Source of the DNA: Intoshia linei
Lineage: Eukaryota; Animalia; Orthonectida
DNA length: 37,895 nt
Assembly: GCA_001642005.1 (NCBI GenBank)
Contig: LWCA01000235.1
Location: 1 to 37,895 of the forward strand
Direction: 5' to 3'
The notes beneath the pieces are model-generated. The model did no database searches and was not told the DNA's origin. It saw only the letters and a program-made list of their open reading frames with translations. Both the position numbers and the translations under genes were made by a program. Shown one piece after another: positions 1 through 10,900 of this stretch (positions within the stretch are counted from its first letter, which is position 1; each line of letters starts with the position of its first letter).

Positions 1-144
1 GCATTCTGCTAAATAAGAGGATGGAAATGGCAACAAAGCAATCCTAGCAAAAGTAGTTAAAGTCGAATAATTTTGTAAATTTGGCATTTTGCATATACTC
101 ATCAATTTAGTTGAATTTGAATTCAATAGCCCACGATCATTAAA
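1..144 (-). pseudogene. hAT (Buster/Charlie, SCAND3-like) transposase remnant, C-terminal dimerisation region; runs off the window
   Basis: Minus strand reads ...LQNYSTLTTFARIALLPFPSSYLAEC, matching the hATC motif LLPFPSSYLxE(GFS). Upstream it is cut off by the mariner insertion at 149. Confidence 0.7.
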
Positions 145-150
145 GATATA

Positions 151-691
151 CTCCCTCTGTTCCAAAATAATGTTTATATTTGGGATAAACCTTTCCGATT
201 ATCACTGTTTTTGGTGAACTTTAAGTTTTATTAATTTTCTTTGATAGATTACAATCTAATATGCCTGGACTAACATAAATTTCTGCTAATTTGCAAGTTT
301 ATACTTATTTGACTGTCATTATTTTTTTTGTTGCAGGTATAAACCTAAAATAGCTACAAAAAGATTACGTCCAACGTACCATGTACTTGTCTAATGAAGA
401 AAGAAGATCGATTTTTCAAGTCTTTCTGATGAATATGTCAAGCAGAAATTTACCTAAGCTGAAACATAGAGTTATAAATGAAATTTCCGCTAAATACAAC
501 GTGTCGAGAGTTCAAAGCTTAGGAGAAGTGCTTCTAAACAACTTCAATCAGTCGAAATTGTTGTTAAATAAAATGTAGTTTTGTTTAATAAATGTTAAAA
601 TTAGTTTCAATATTATTTATAAACAAATGTAAACATTATTTTGGAACAAAAATCATGATGATATGTAAACATTATTTAGGAACAGAGGGAG
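151..691 (+). mobile_element. Internally deleted Tc1/mariner element with Stowaway/DD39D-type TIRs and TA target duplication
   Basis: TA(149-150)-CTCCCTCTGTTCCAAAATAATGTTTA at left; TAAACATTATTTAGGAACAGAGGGAG-TA(692-693) at right; extra partial TIR copy at about 626-649. Internal ORF 381-578 (LSNEERRSIFQVFL..KLKHRVINEISAKYNVSR) resembles the N-terminal HTH of plant-type mariner transposases. Confidence 0.85.
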
Positions 692-855
692 TATTTGTTT
701 TTTGTCATTCTAATAATTTAATAATACAATCAATTGTTTCAAAACTTAAAAAAATAATAGTAAATAAAAAAAAATAAATTTTTTTTTAATATTTGAAATT
801 CAAGTATCATAAACCACTTATAAACCTGATAATACTGTATAAAACTAACAATAAA

Positions 856-1168
856 TTAATCTAAAGTTTCGTAATCCTATAAATTTGTAATATTTCCCAG
901 GCCCCACCAAATTTCTAATGTCCCACCAAAAATTTCGTCATGACCCAACCGTGGGGCCAGGTTGGGAAACACAGTTTTAGACGAAATACTGAATTACGTT
1001 TTTAGAATTATTTTTTAAAAGTTGGATACGCCGTTTGATATACAATTGTTCTAAAATTGTAATGTTATTTATATAAAGCAAAAAATTACGAAATTCGGGG
1101 GAATTACAATTTCTAACTTTATTATACACAACATCTAAAGATAAAATTTTATCTGTCAACAAATTCAT
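856..1168 (-). CDS. Small hypothetical protein (~63 aa), probably two exons (1168-998, 876-856)
   Basis: ATG at 1168 lies 60 bp head-to-head with ORF 1229. GT donor at 997, AG acceptor at 877-878, ending DYETLD*. The intron carries a hAT-MITE end (GTTGGGAAACAC). No recognised homology. Confidence 0.35.
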
Positions 1169-1228
1169 GATTCATTTTAATTAATAATGTAACCAACACT
1201 TTACAAACGTAGCGATATTATAATTTAC

Positions 1229-2101
1229 ATGTCATTGAAAATGTATCAATTCTTTGTTCGAAGATTAAGTAAAATGGTACTAGTCCCTAAAAAGAGCCCA
1301 TTGGATTTATCAATAAAATTGCAAGATTTGAAAGTGAGAAAAATACGAAAAACAATTGAAGATGAATTATTAAATGTTAAAAACAATTTAAAAGAATACG
1401 AATGGAATCAACTCCTCGGTGCAAAATTGCCATTCAATTTGATCATACAACATCAAGTTTTTGTAAAAATTACCGAAGGACTAATTAAAAATGGAAAATT
1501 CCACTCTGATATTGACTCCAATGATTTAAATTTAATATCTACAAATTTGTTTAAATTTCATCAAAATATGCATGGACAAGTAGTGTCAGATGTACTACAA
1601 CGTTTCCTTTTATTAGGCCTGGACGGTGAATATTTATATGTAAAATGTTTTTTACAATTAATACTTTATCATGTCAACGATTTACCTCTCGATCATTTGA
1701 TTAATATAGATTCACTAATAAAAAGTTTACCAGAGAATAAATACGTTGAAAATGCTAAATTTGCTATCCGTGCAATTATACCTCATCGATTGAACCAGTT
1801 TAAATTTATTGAAATCGACGAACTTGTGCATTTAATTTTACATTTTTCTATTCCTCAGAACGAATTCACCAACATCAAAAACCATTTAATTTACCAATTG
1901 GATTTTTTAGATTTTGATGAATTGTCCTATTTCAGAGAAAATTGTTTAAATAGATACAAGGATTTACAAAATGATTCCAACGGATTTGATTCCATTATTT
2001 TTAATGAATTGTTAGATTTAGTTGATAATTGTCAAAAATGTTTAAATTCAAATTTAATTAAAAACCAATATTTAACTAAACAATTGGAACACAAAAATTG
2101 A
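1229..2101 (+). CDS. Intronless 290-aa helical protein, likely mitochondrial FASTK-family N-terminal region without a RAP domain
   Basis: Long ORF with a basic presequence-like N-terminus (MYQFFVRRLSK). The segment LGLDGEYLYVKCFLQLILYHVNDLPLDHLINIDSLI..YVENAKFAI resembles invertebrate FASTKD proteins (recalled, not searched). Confidence 0.5.
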   Translation: MSLKMYQFFVRRLSKMVLVPKKSPLDLSIKLQDLKVRKIRKTIEDELLNVKNNLKEYEWNQLLGAKLPFNLIIQHQVFVKITEGLIKNGKFHSDIDSNDLNLISTNLFKFHQNMHGQVVSDVLQRFLLLGLDGEYLYVKCFLQLILYHVNDLPLDHLINIDSLIKSLPENKYVENAKFAIRAIIPHRLNQFKFIEIDELVHLILHFSIPQNEFTNIKNHLIYQLDFLDFDELSYFRENCLNRYKDLQNDSNGFDSIIFNELLDLVDNCQKCLNSNLIKNQYLTKQLEHKN

Positions 2102-2223
2102 TATTTCTTGCAACTTTTTTACGATAAAAGAGCAACCAAAAAATTTTTCAAATTTTACAACCAACAAAAAACCCGTTTGGAATCAAGCAAGCCCAACCAA
2201 AAATTAATGTGCAGCCCAAGCAA

Positions 2224-2510
2224 ATGAGCAAAAATATCAACGAAAAACTAGTATGGAACATAAAATCGCGTATCGGTTCTTTGGATAATTTTAACCACAA
2301 ACCTGGAGGAGGCAACAAAAAAATTGTAACTTAATTAGAGCTGATCATTATTTATTGTTTAGATCTCTAAGACAATTGAATAGAATGTAACCTCTAAAAT
2401 TGGCTCCTTGGACAGAATAAAATGTTTGTTCGAAAACAAAAACAAGGTAATATAATATTATTCATTTTGAATTTATACTTTAGAAAAAAGACGAAAAACT
2501 AAAATTATAA
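2224..2510 (+). CDS. Tau/MAP2/MAP4-type microtubule-binding-repeat minigene with an in-frame TAG (possible pseudogene)
   Basis: Exon to 2325 encodes VWNIKSRIGSLDNFNHKPGGGNKKI (canonical tau repeat). Then a 37-nt intron 2326-2362, exon ISKTIE*NVTSKIGSLD..., a 37-nt intron 2447-2483, and stop at 2508-2510. The frame is open upstream to 2128. Confidence 0.7.
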
Positions 2511-2567
2511 AATTACAGTGTATTTTATATAACATTAAAACTAATTCATGTAAATCTACAATATACA

Positions 2568-5500
2568 TTATGTGGTAGAAGACACATTTGGATCAACTGT
2601 AGGGTCAACTTTTGTCTCTTCTTTACCATTAACCAATCCATTGATCCCATTAGATTCTGTTTTATTATAATTTACATCTGATATTCGAGGAGACGCCATA
2701 GGTAAATATCCAATGACTAAATATTGAAATGTTATTTAATTAAGTGTATTCATTACCTGTCTCGGGAACGAGAACTTGCATGTTGTTAATAGTTTGACTG
2801 AGTTGTTTGGATTTTTTAATCAGTTCTTGTTCCTGTCTAGCACGAAAATCACTAGCTTTAGTTTGCTCCAAATGAAATATTTGACGCTGTTTTAATAATT
2901 CGTCCCTTTGAGCTCGAAGTGTATCTCTCTGCTTTTCCAAAATTTTTTCCATTTCTCCGAAATTGTCCAGTTTCACTTCCAATTTTTTATTTTGAGTCTC
3001 CACTAAACTTGCCACTAATGTTTTGATTCTTCCTTCTTCCACACTAGCCAAATGCTAAAATTGTAATATTATACTTCAACGTATCAACAAATTCGATCGT
3101 GTCTAGTAGGGTTCCCACACTTTTTTCACGGCGTACAGGTAGTAAATTATAAAATTTAACTCGGACCATTAAAGCGAAATTACTAGGCAAAAATAAAAAA
3201 ATTTTGATAAACATATTAAATTGACTAGTTATTAGTAAAAATTTTTCATTTGGAACTGGGACGCGGACCAGTATTTGGGAAACGCTGGTATATAGTACAT
3301 ACCTTAGCTTTGACTGCTGCAGCTGCTAAAGCTGAAGCAGCAGCTTGTGCTAAATTTTTTGAATTTTCTTCATTCCATGCTTCGTTGTAGGATGTTTTAC
3401 CATTCTCTTTAACTGGATCAACTTCTTTAATTTTAACATCAATTTTATCTTTTTCAGTTTTCGGCAAATTATCGTTTTCAACAGTGCCACTGGAAACATT
3501 ATCGTTTTTTTCGTCCGTTTTTTCTAATAAAAAAGTTAAACTATACATTATGGTTATGAATATGACTTTTCCTATTAATCTTGTCATACCTTTAATAAAT
3601 AAGTTTTTGTCACCTTAAAGATATCAAAATAATATTATTTTACTGTCAGACGTAAGAACGAGCAAACATTTTTTTATTTTAAGCAGTGTTTAGGGTGGGC
3701 AAATTTTTTTAGTTTCAACAACCATGCGCATTGACGATTCCAAAAACTAATGATTTTTATTTCCCAGAAAATTTGAAAAGCAATTTACAAAATTGCTTTG
3801 TCCCGCATCGAGGAAATAAAATCTTGAATTATTATGTTAGTATTTCTATTTTTTAAAAGTTTTCAAACAGTTAAAAGGCAGTAAGTTTTATAATGACCCG
3901 TAATAATTCTACTATAGATGCACAAACAATTTCATGTGTAAATAAATGAAATTGAAATTTTTTTATTGAACCGCTGAAAAAAACTCGCGCCACATTAAAC
4001 GGTGGTTCTCAGCCATACAGCCAGTGATTTTTTTTAAAATACTTCTGAATGTGTTGAAATTTTAGATGGGTAATTTTTCGCATATCAAGATAGTCAAAAT
4101 TTATTAGCCGAAATAATGGTATACAAAATCGAAAGAAACAAATCCTTTTTGCCTTGAAATTCCCGGTACATTAGCAAACCCCAAGAAATCCAAAATTTTC
4201 AAACTTCATTATTAGTTGGCGCCTAATTTTTATTTTTAAATTTTTAATCTGCTTACTGGCAGGGCCGTAGAGAGCCAGCAGTATGTAAGATGCAAATTGT
4301 AGCCCCCTATAAATTTTTTTTAAAAATTGGACCTCAATACATAGCTTAATCGATCGCTCATTATCTAAAAAGTAGACCCTCATGATTATAGCCCGTTATA
4401 AGCTATATGGCCCACCTCTTCACGTTCCTGTTTACGGGTGCCACATAAGAACAAGGATGAGAAACAATTCCCTCGTTTCCGCGCATTCCACTTGATTAGT
4501 TCATTATCAATCAAAATGTTTGCAGTAGCGGGTCCAAATTTTTTTAAATGCTAAATATAACAGTGTCCTCAACAAATTACAGAACCCCTTTATATTAAGA
4601 AAATGTTGGCTTTAGGTTTTCAAAAATCGATGATAGCTGTTTCTTTACAGGCGAACGAAAACGTTAACTAGACATTGTAATAAAAATATTTACCAACTGT
4701 TTTGTCACTATCCTCATCCGTTGCTATTCCAGTATCCTTAATAGCCAAGTTTGTATCAATTTTTTTACTGGTTGAAATCACATCTTCAATTTTTTTCTTA
4801 TGAGCATTCATAAATGAGTTTGGAACTTTCCCTTGAATTTTATAATATTCATCTAAAATAAAAATTAATATTAAGAAAAAATTAAAGATATGTATAACAC
4901 AATAAAAAAGTAAAATAAACCAAAAGCAGCTTTAGCTGCAGCAGCAGCAATTTGAGGATCAACAGCAGACGATAAAAATGCCAAAGTTGACATGACAGGA
5001 TTCCCAGTGGACGAAAAAGGAAATGGTTGATTTGACATGGGTCCGAGTGATTTGCTTTCTTCCAAATAAGGATCCTCAATAGGTAACTTTAAAAAATGTA
5101 AAATACACTCATCCTGATTTCTTGAACCAACGTGTTCGGAAACCTTATTCCAGTCATCAGAATACATTTCCAATCCCTCAAGTAATCTCAAGATTTCTTG
5201 ACTATCCCATTCTCGATATTTTGAATTTTTTGATTTGACTTCGTCAGATTTTCCATATAAATCAGTTCTGGTATTTTGTTCATTAAAATTATTCTTGGGT
5301 GCAGCTATATTTACAGCATTATTATTGGGGTTTTCAGTTTTAGGTAACGTTTGAGGATCAGACAGAGGTTGCAGGGATGACGGTGCTTCAGCCGTGATTG
5401 CAAAATGAGAAGTTCTGGGTGGACCCAGCATTTTAGGTCTTAATTCTGGAGAAACCTTATAATTAATCAAACCCCACATTTCTAAAAATGCATGAATTCT

Positions 5501-6099
5501 CAAAAGAGAGCAAACATCTCCACACAAATTTCTACGACATGCAGTGAATGTGAGATAATCGTTTGGATTAAGCCGATATGTATCAATCATAAAGTTTCGA
5601 CTTGCAAGATAAATTTCTGGGGTTTTAGATTTCCCTCCAGTAGCAAAAAATTCAGATAAACACTTTCGTTCAATAGCATGAATTGAGTTGTAATCAAACC
5701 AAGCGGAATAACTTGGAACTAAAATATGAAATAATTGTTCACAAGGTTCTTCAAAGTTATTAGATTTGTAATTTGCCATGTTGTCCAAATCTAAATACAT
5801 AGAATCGCTATTTAGAGATGGATTTGAATTTTTAACAAATTTATCTCGGGATAAATCAACTTTTGTTAATTGTTCATTGGATACAGGTTCCTTCATTTCA
5901 ACATCTTTTATGTAATTTTCATCTCTAAATTTATCAATAAATATTATTTTTAATAAATGTAAATTTACATTATGGGTTCTTGAGATTCAGATCGTCTTCT
6001 TTTACTATTATTACGCTTTAAATTAATTTCTTCATTCTAAATTCTTATTAGTTTTACTCTATTTCATCAAACCTGATTTTTTTCAGATACCGAAGACAT
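2568..6099 (-). CDS. SMARCC2: SWI/SNF complex subunit SMARCC (BAF155/BAF170/Swi3), multi-exon
   Basis: SWIRM ([30 protein letters not shown]), SANT ([31 protein letters not shown]), [25 protein letters not shown] and the coiled coil [16 protein letters not shown]. Exons about 6099-6073, 6036-5969, 5924-4921, 4852-4694, 3522-3303, 3054-2757, 2716-2568. Confidence 0.95.
3107..3287 (-). mobile_element. hAT (Buster-type) MITE in a SMARCC intron
   Basis: CAGCGTTTCCCAAATA terminus; degenerate 8-bp TSD gtgtctag/gtatatag; homologous copy on the + strand at about 9284-9410. Confidence 0.7.
4260..4430 (-). mobile_element. hAT MITE (CAGGGCCG termini) in a SMARCC intron
   Basis: Ends CAGGGCCGTAGAG / CTTCACGTTCCTG; TSD cttactgg/tttacggg; colinear with the element at 9499-10155. 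Confidence 0.7.
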
Positions 6100-6176
6100 T
6101 TTAATTTAATATAAACAAAACTTTATTTTGACTATTTATATTACGTTGCCAACAAAGACAATTTTTAGTATTGAAA

Positions 6177-7111
6177 ATGTCCAACTCTATGAAGGTTAAT
6201 ATTTAAGACTTAAACATTCATTTTTATTAGTTTACATCGATGGTTATGGTTAAGGCATTATTAATTTTAGATGAAAACGGAAATAGAATTATTGCAAAGG
6301 TTTTATTGTTTATAACGTTGATATATTGATTTAGTACTATGACAATTTTTTGTCCAACAAAAATACTCAACTAGACTTTGAAAAAAGATTATTCAAAAAA
6401 ACTAAAGACTCTGATGGTGATTACATTGAATAATCTGGCCAAGTTAGTTTGACTAATGATGAATAAAATGAAATATTACCCCACTGAGAATTGCGGTCAA
6501 AAAAAATTAAAATTAGTCTGAAAATAAATTGCAAATGGCGCAAAATTTATGAATTTTAAAACATAATTTGGCGCATCAGTGCGTCGAAAACTCATTGAAT
6601 TATGTTTAATAATATTGTACTTTTTAGATGAAATTACAATGATTGACGATTGTTCTTGCGTTTTCAAGAGTTGCGTTAATTTACACTTTTTTATTATTGG
6701 TCTTTCTTCAGAAAATGAAGTAAAATTTAAAATTATGTTTTATTAAAATTTTGTAGCTTATTTTGAAAAAAGTGTTAAATACATTGTTTGATGGGACTAA
6801 CATTTTATTACGAAATATGCTCGAGTATAAAGTATTAATTGAAAAAATTGAATACGTATTTATTCTAATTGATGAGATGATAGATGATGGGTAATTCATT
6901 TTCATTAAGTATACAATGTAGTTGAATTAATTAGTATTATATTGGATACGGATACCGAAGAAATTTGTGAGAGAATTGATAAATATAAAGAAGATTTTAT
7001 GTTGGGAGAAAATAGCGTTCGACAGGTTATACGTTTTTAATTTTATAATCAAAATTTTATTAGGCTTTACATTCTGCAAAAGAACAGATAAAATGGTCAA
7101 TACTTAGATAA
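6177..7111 (+). CDS. COPZ1: Coatomer subunit zeta, multi-exon
   Basis: VKALLILDENGNRIIAK|YYD..FEKRLFKKTK..FIIGLSSENE|LILKKVLNTLFD..VFILIDEMIDDG|IILDTD..Q|ALHSAKEQIKWSILR*. Confidence 0.95.
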
Positions 7112-7112
7112 A

Positions 7113-7824
7113 CTATTGAAATTTATCTAAAAACGTTTCTTGACCAACAGCTTTCATTGAATAAATGTCTAAAATTTGTTTTTATTAAAAAATTTTATAA
7201 TTACATATTCCTATAACACCACATAAAGCGGATAAACCAACTATGCGATTCCTATATCTGAACTTATTTAGAGAATCGGCGCGTAGTTTGTTTAATCTGG
7301 CTAATCTAAATGTATAAAATAATTTATCTTATCTAATCGATTTTTATTAATCATCCTCTTAAATTATGATTTAATCTATATAACCCAAGCCACCTCTCAA
7401 CGGATCTTAATAAAAGATATTTAATGCCCAAAAATATAATTTTTTGTGAAATGCACCATTTTATAAAATTTTACGGACGAAATATCCCCCGAAAAGGGCC
7501 TCTAGCTCAGTATATTTGGTTCTGATTTAAATATAAATGATAAAATTGAAAAGTTTAACAGAACCGTTATTAATATTTTGTAAACATATTGCGGTCGGGT
7601 ACAACACGGACCCCGGGTATAGCTGTACCATTTACAGTAGAAATGATAAATATTTAACACTACTTTTCTGTATAATGTATATTGTGTTTGTTGAATACAA
7701 TTTTCTTGTCTTGTTCAGTCAAAACTTTCATTTTATTATCTTTTGGACTAGACAATTCATTTAGTAATTTCATTCGTTCAGTCTGCTGGACCTGATTAGA
7801 ACTTTTATTCTTTTCCAAATTCAT
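7113..7824 (-). CDS. COA3: Cytochrome c oxidase assembly factor 3 (CCDC56), 3 exons, ~105 aa; not in the ORF track
   Basis: Exons 7824-7664, 7305-7205 and about 7168-7113 give ...KLARLNKLRADSLNKFRYRNRIVGLSALCGVIGIYIYSMKAVGQETFLDKFQ*, matching the COA3 TM segment plus QExFLD motif. Confidence 0.85.
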
Positions 7825-7950
7825 TCAATTTAATTTTTCAAATTATGTAAATATATTTTGATGTGAAAATCATTAAACTTTATTTTTGCTCGCTATTCAA
7901 ATTGCAATATTTTTAAAAATTTTTGTACACATTGTAATGCACACTGAAAA

Positions 7951-10900
7951 ATGATCTTGTCATCACAAAAAGTAGATTGTTTGTTAAACTGGGTAAATTT
8001 ACAATTAAATAATGATATAAATTCAATAGTTAAACATGTGCCTTGAATTGAACAACGAATCGCCCGTTTCAGACATCGCAAAATTGAGGGATGGAACTGT
8101 ATTTTTGAAAATCACAAACATTATGTAAACTTTAATGATACATTATTATTGCGGGACGCAAATGACTGGATAGTTTCCACTGGTTTTAATTGGTGTTAAA
8201 ATTTCAGGGAAGACCTAAGGTTTCAGAAATTTTATAAAAATTCATATTTCAATTGGAATAAGCAAATCAAATGTGTTTAATGTTATCTCAATTGTTAGAA
8301 AAATTCTAAATTTCAAGATGAAATCCTTTAAGTGTTCAACTTTATACTCTCTTTACGTGATAAAATAGATTAGTAAACTACTCTTTTACTATACTAAATT
8401 TTAGTTACGTTAAAACTAAACTTAAAAAATAAACCGACCAGAATATAACGTATCAACTATTCATTGTGATATAATTACTTACTGTAAGTCTTAGTTACAA
8501 AATTGTAATTATTTAAAATTTTTTAGTCTAAATTTTGGAATAATCCAGCAATGTACAATCATTACCGCATCACTACTACCAATTCAAAAAATCACATTTA
8601 CATATTATTATAGTATATTACATGTAAATAAGTTATTAAGTGAAAATTTTCAATGGTTAGCTCGAGCCACCCAACATCAGTCAATATTTGAATAATATTT
8701 TTTCCACATATTTTTGGTGGGCAGCAGGGGCGGATCCAAGAGGCTAATTAATGGGGTGCCAGCGAAGACGAAACAATTCTTAGGGCGTCTCTTTTAATGT
8801 CATTTAAAAGGTTGTTATACAATAGTTTCCAAATTTTTATTTTTTCACAAATATGAAAAAAATGATCAGCACAAAAAAAAAGAAATTAATTTTGTTCATG
8901 AAATAATCCTAAATCAATTCGGTCCAGTCTTCTTGGATGAAGTATTGTAAATTCATTAACCAACATTACAAAACATTAACTAAAAATTTAGGGATGCAAC
9001 TGCACCTTCTGCACCCCTTGAATCCGACCCTGGGTAGTAAATAATGCTTTATAAAAAAAAATTAATGAAACGTAACATTTTCATGTTAATTAATTTTTAA
9101 GAAGAGGATATAATTTGAAAATGGGAGCGGAAAAAGTTTTCGACCCCTTTTTTATAGTATAAAAATTAAAAGAAATATAAGATGAATAATGCAAATGCAT
9201 TTTTTGGACCCAAAGAAAGTTTTCTGACCCCTGCTGTAAACACAAATAAATTGGATTTTAACAAATTTAACAATCTTCTACATCAGCGTTTCCCAAATAT
9301 TGGTCAGTGAAAAAATTTTTTAATGTTGCCTAGTAATTTTGATTTAATAGTTCGCGATAAATTTTTAAATTTATTACCGATCCGCCATGAAAGAAGTGAC
9401 GGATTCCTTGCGGTAAATGATTTGTTTCTTTTGAATGAAATTTATTAAAGTGAACTGGAAAGAAATATTATAAGCATTTTATTTTCTTTATGTATAGCCA
9501 GGGCCGTGGAGGGGGATAGGCCATATGGATGGGCCTAGAATCATGAAGGTCTAGTTTTTTAATTTATTATGACTAGGGCCATTGTAAGTTAATAAAGTTA
9601 ATTTTTGATGTTAATCAGCATTATTATCCTATTAATTAGCTAATTAATTTTATAGGTTAAAAAAATAAAAATACCCTTAATGATGACCAATGCGATTTCC
9701 AACCGTTATTTTTTATTTTTAGATAATGATCGATCGATTAAGCCGGTGCTTCCCAATCTTTTTATGTTCGCGGCGCACTATATACAGTACATTGAATATG
9801 TTTATATCTTTGAAAATGTGTATTATCACAGTCGTTCTCAAACGTTTTTAATAAGTGTCCCAACAAACGCAATAATATATATTTTTTTTTGTAATATAAA
9901 GTTTGAAAAATAATTATAAATATAGAAAAATATATTTTAAAGTTACTGTTTTAGTGTATTTATAGAATGTATATTATTTTAGACATTTAAAAGACATTTT
10001 TATAATTTTAAATTGAAAGTCGTTAAAATAAATAATAAAAATTAAAAAAAAATCAGATTTAGCTGCCGGCGCACCATTTGGAAAGCAATGGATTAATCAA
10101 TGTATAAATGTCCCATTTTTTTTATATAACCTACTGCTGACTCCCCACGGTTATGTGTACGCCTAACTAATTTTGTGTATAATATACCTTTAGTGGTGCG
10201 ACACACACTTTGACGAACGTTGGCATGAGTAGATAAACTGTTTGAAAATACTGCTAAAAATTTAATAATTGCTAATTATTAGCATAATACAATTAATAAA
10301 TAACTACTTTAAAATTATGAATTTTTTTAGAGACCCTGAATTTAAACATAATACATCTAAAACATCGTGTAGTAAATCTAAGCTTAATATATTGCATGGT
10401 TTCCTTAAAGGTATGAATATTTACATATCCTATAATTAATACATTCTGCAGTCAAATTACAATCAGAAAATATACACATTAATTTTGATAAGGTTGGAGA
10501 TGGAATTCATGTAGAAATATGTGCTGTTTTACTATTATTGGTGGTTTGTGCTCTAATATGTGAAAATAATGAAAAATTCGTGAATCAACTATGTATGAAT
10601 GAAAATCACCCTGAAATGGAAAATTTAATATATCTTATGGTTCGAAACATACTACAAAACAATGTTCCTCACATTAATCAAAATTTTCAAAGCATTCTTT
10701 ATGAAGGTGATTTTTAAATTTTTGATAATATATAAAATATATAAACAATTAGATTTGGACATTTCACTTGAAAAAACTTTTAAATCTTATGATACAATTT
10801 GTGATTCACCGATTCACAAATTTTCAAACACTACGGATGAATCGGTAACTTTTTGAAAACGTAAAACTTAAAAATTTAGAAAATGATACAACTCTATTAT

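Noticed and set aside
2381-2383. Alternative genetic code (TAG = Trp or Gln)
   Set aside because: TAG is the terminal stop of COA3, SUB1-B and the F-BAR gene, and I saw no internal TAG in the other conserved exons I translated.
7496-7530. tRNA-like 5' end GGGCCTCTAGCTCAG in a COA3 intron
   Set aside because: No anticodon arm, T-loop or acceptor complement follows.
8270-8640. Exon-like stretches inside NuMA intron 2 suggesting a nested gene
   Set aside because: No consistent spliced frame or recognisable motif; exon 2 (ends 8124, phase 2) joins 10331 cleanly without them.
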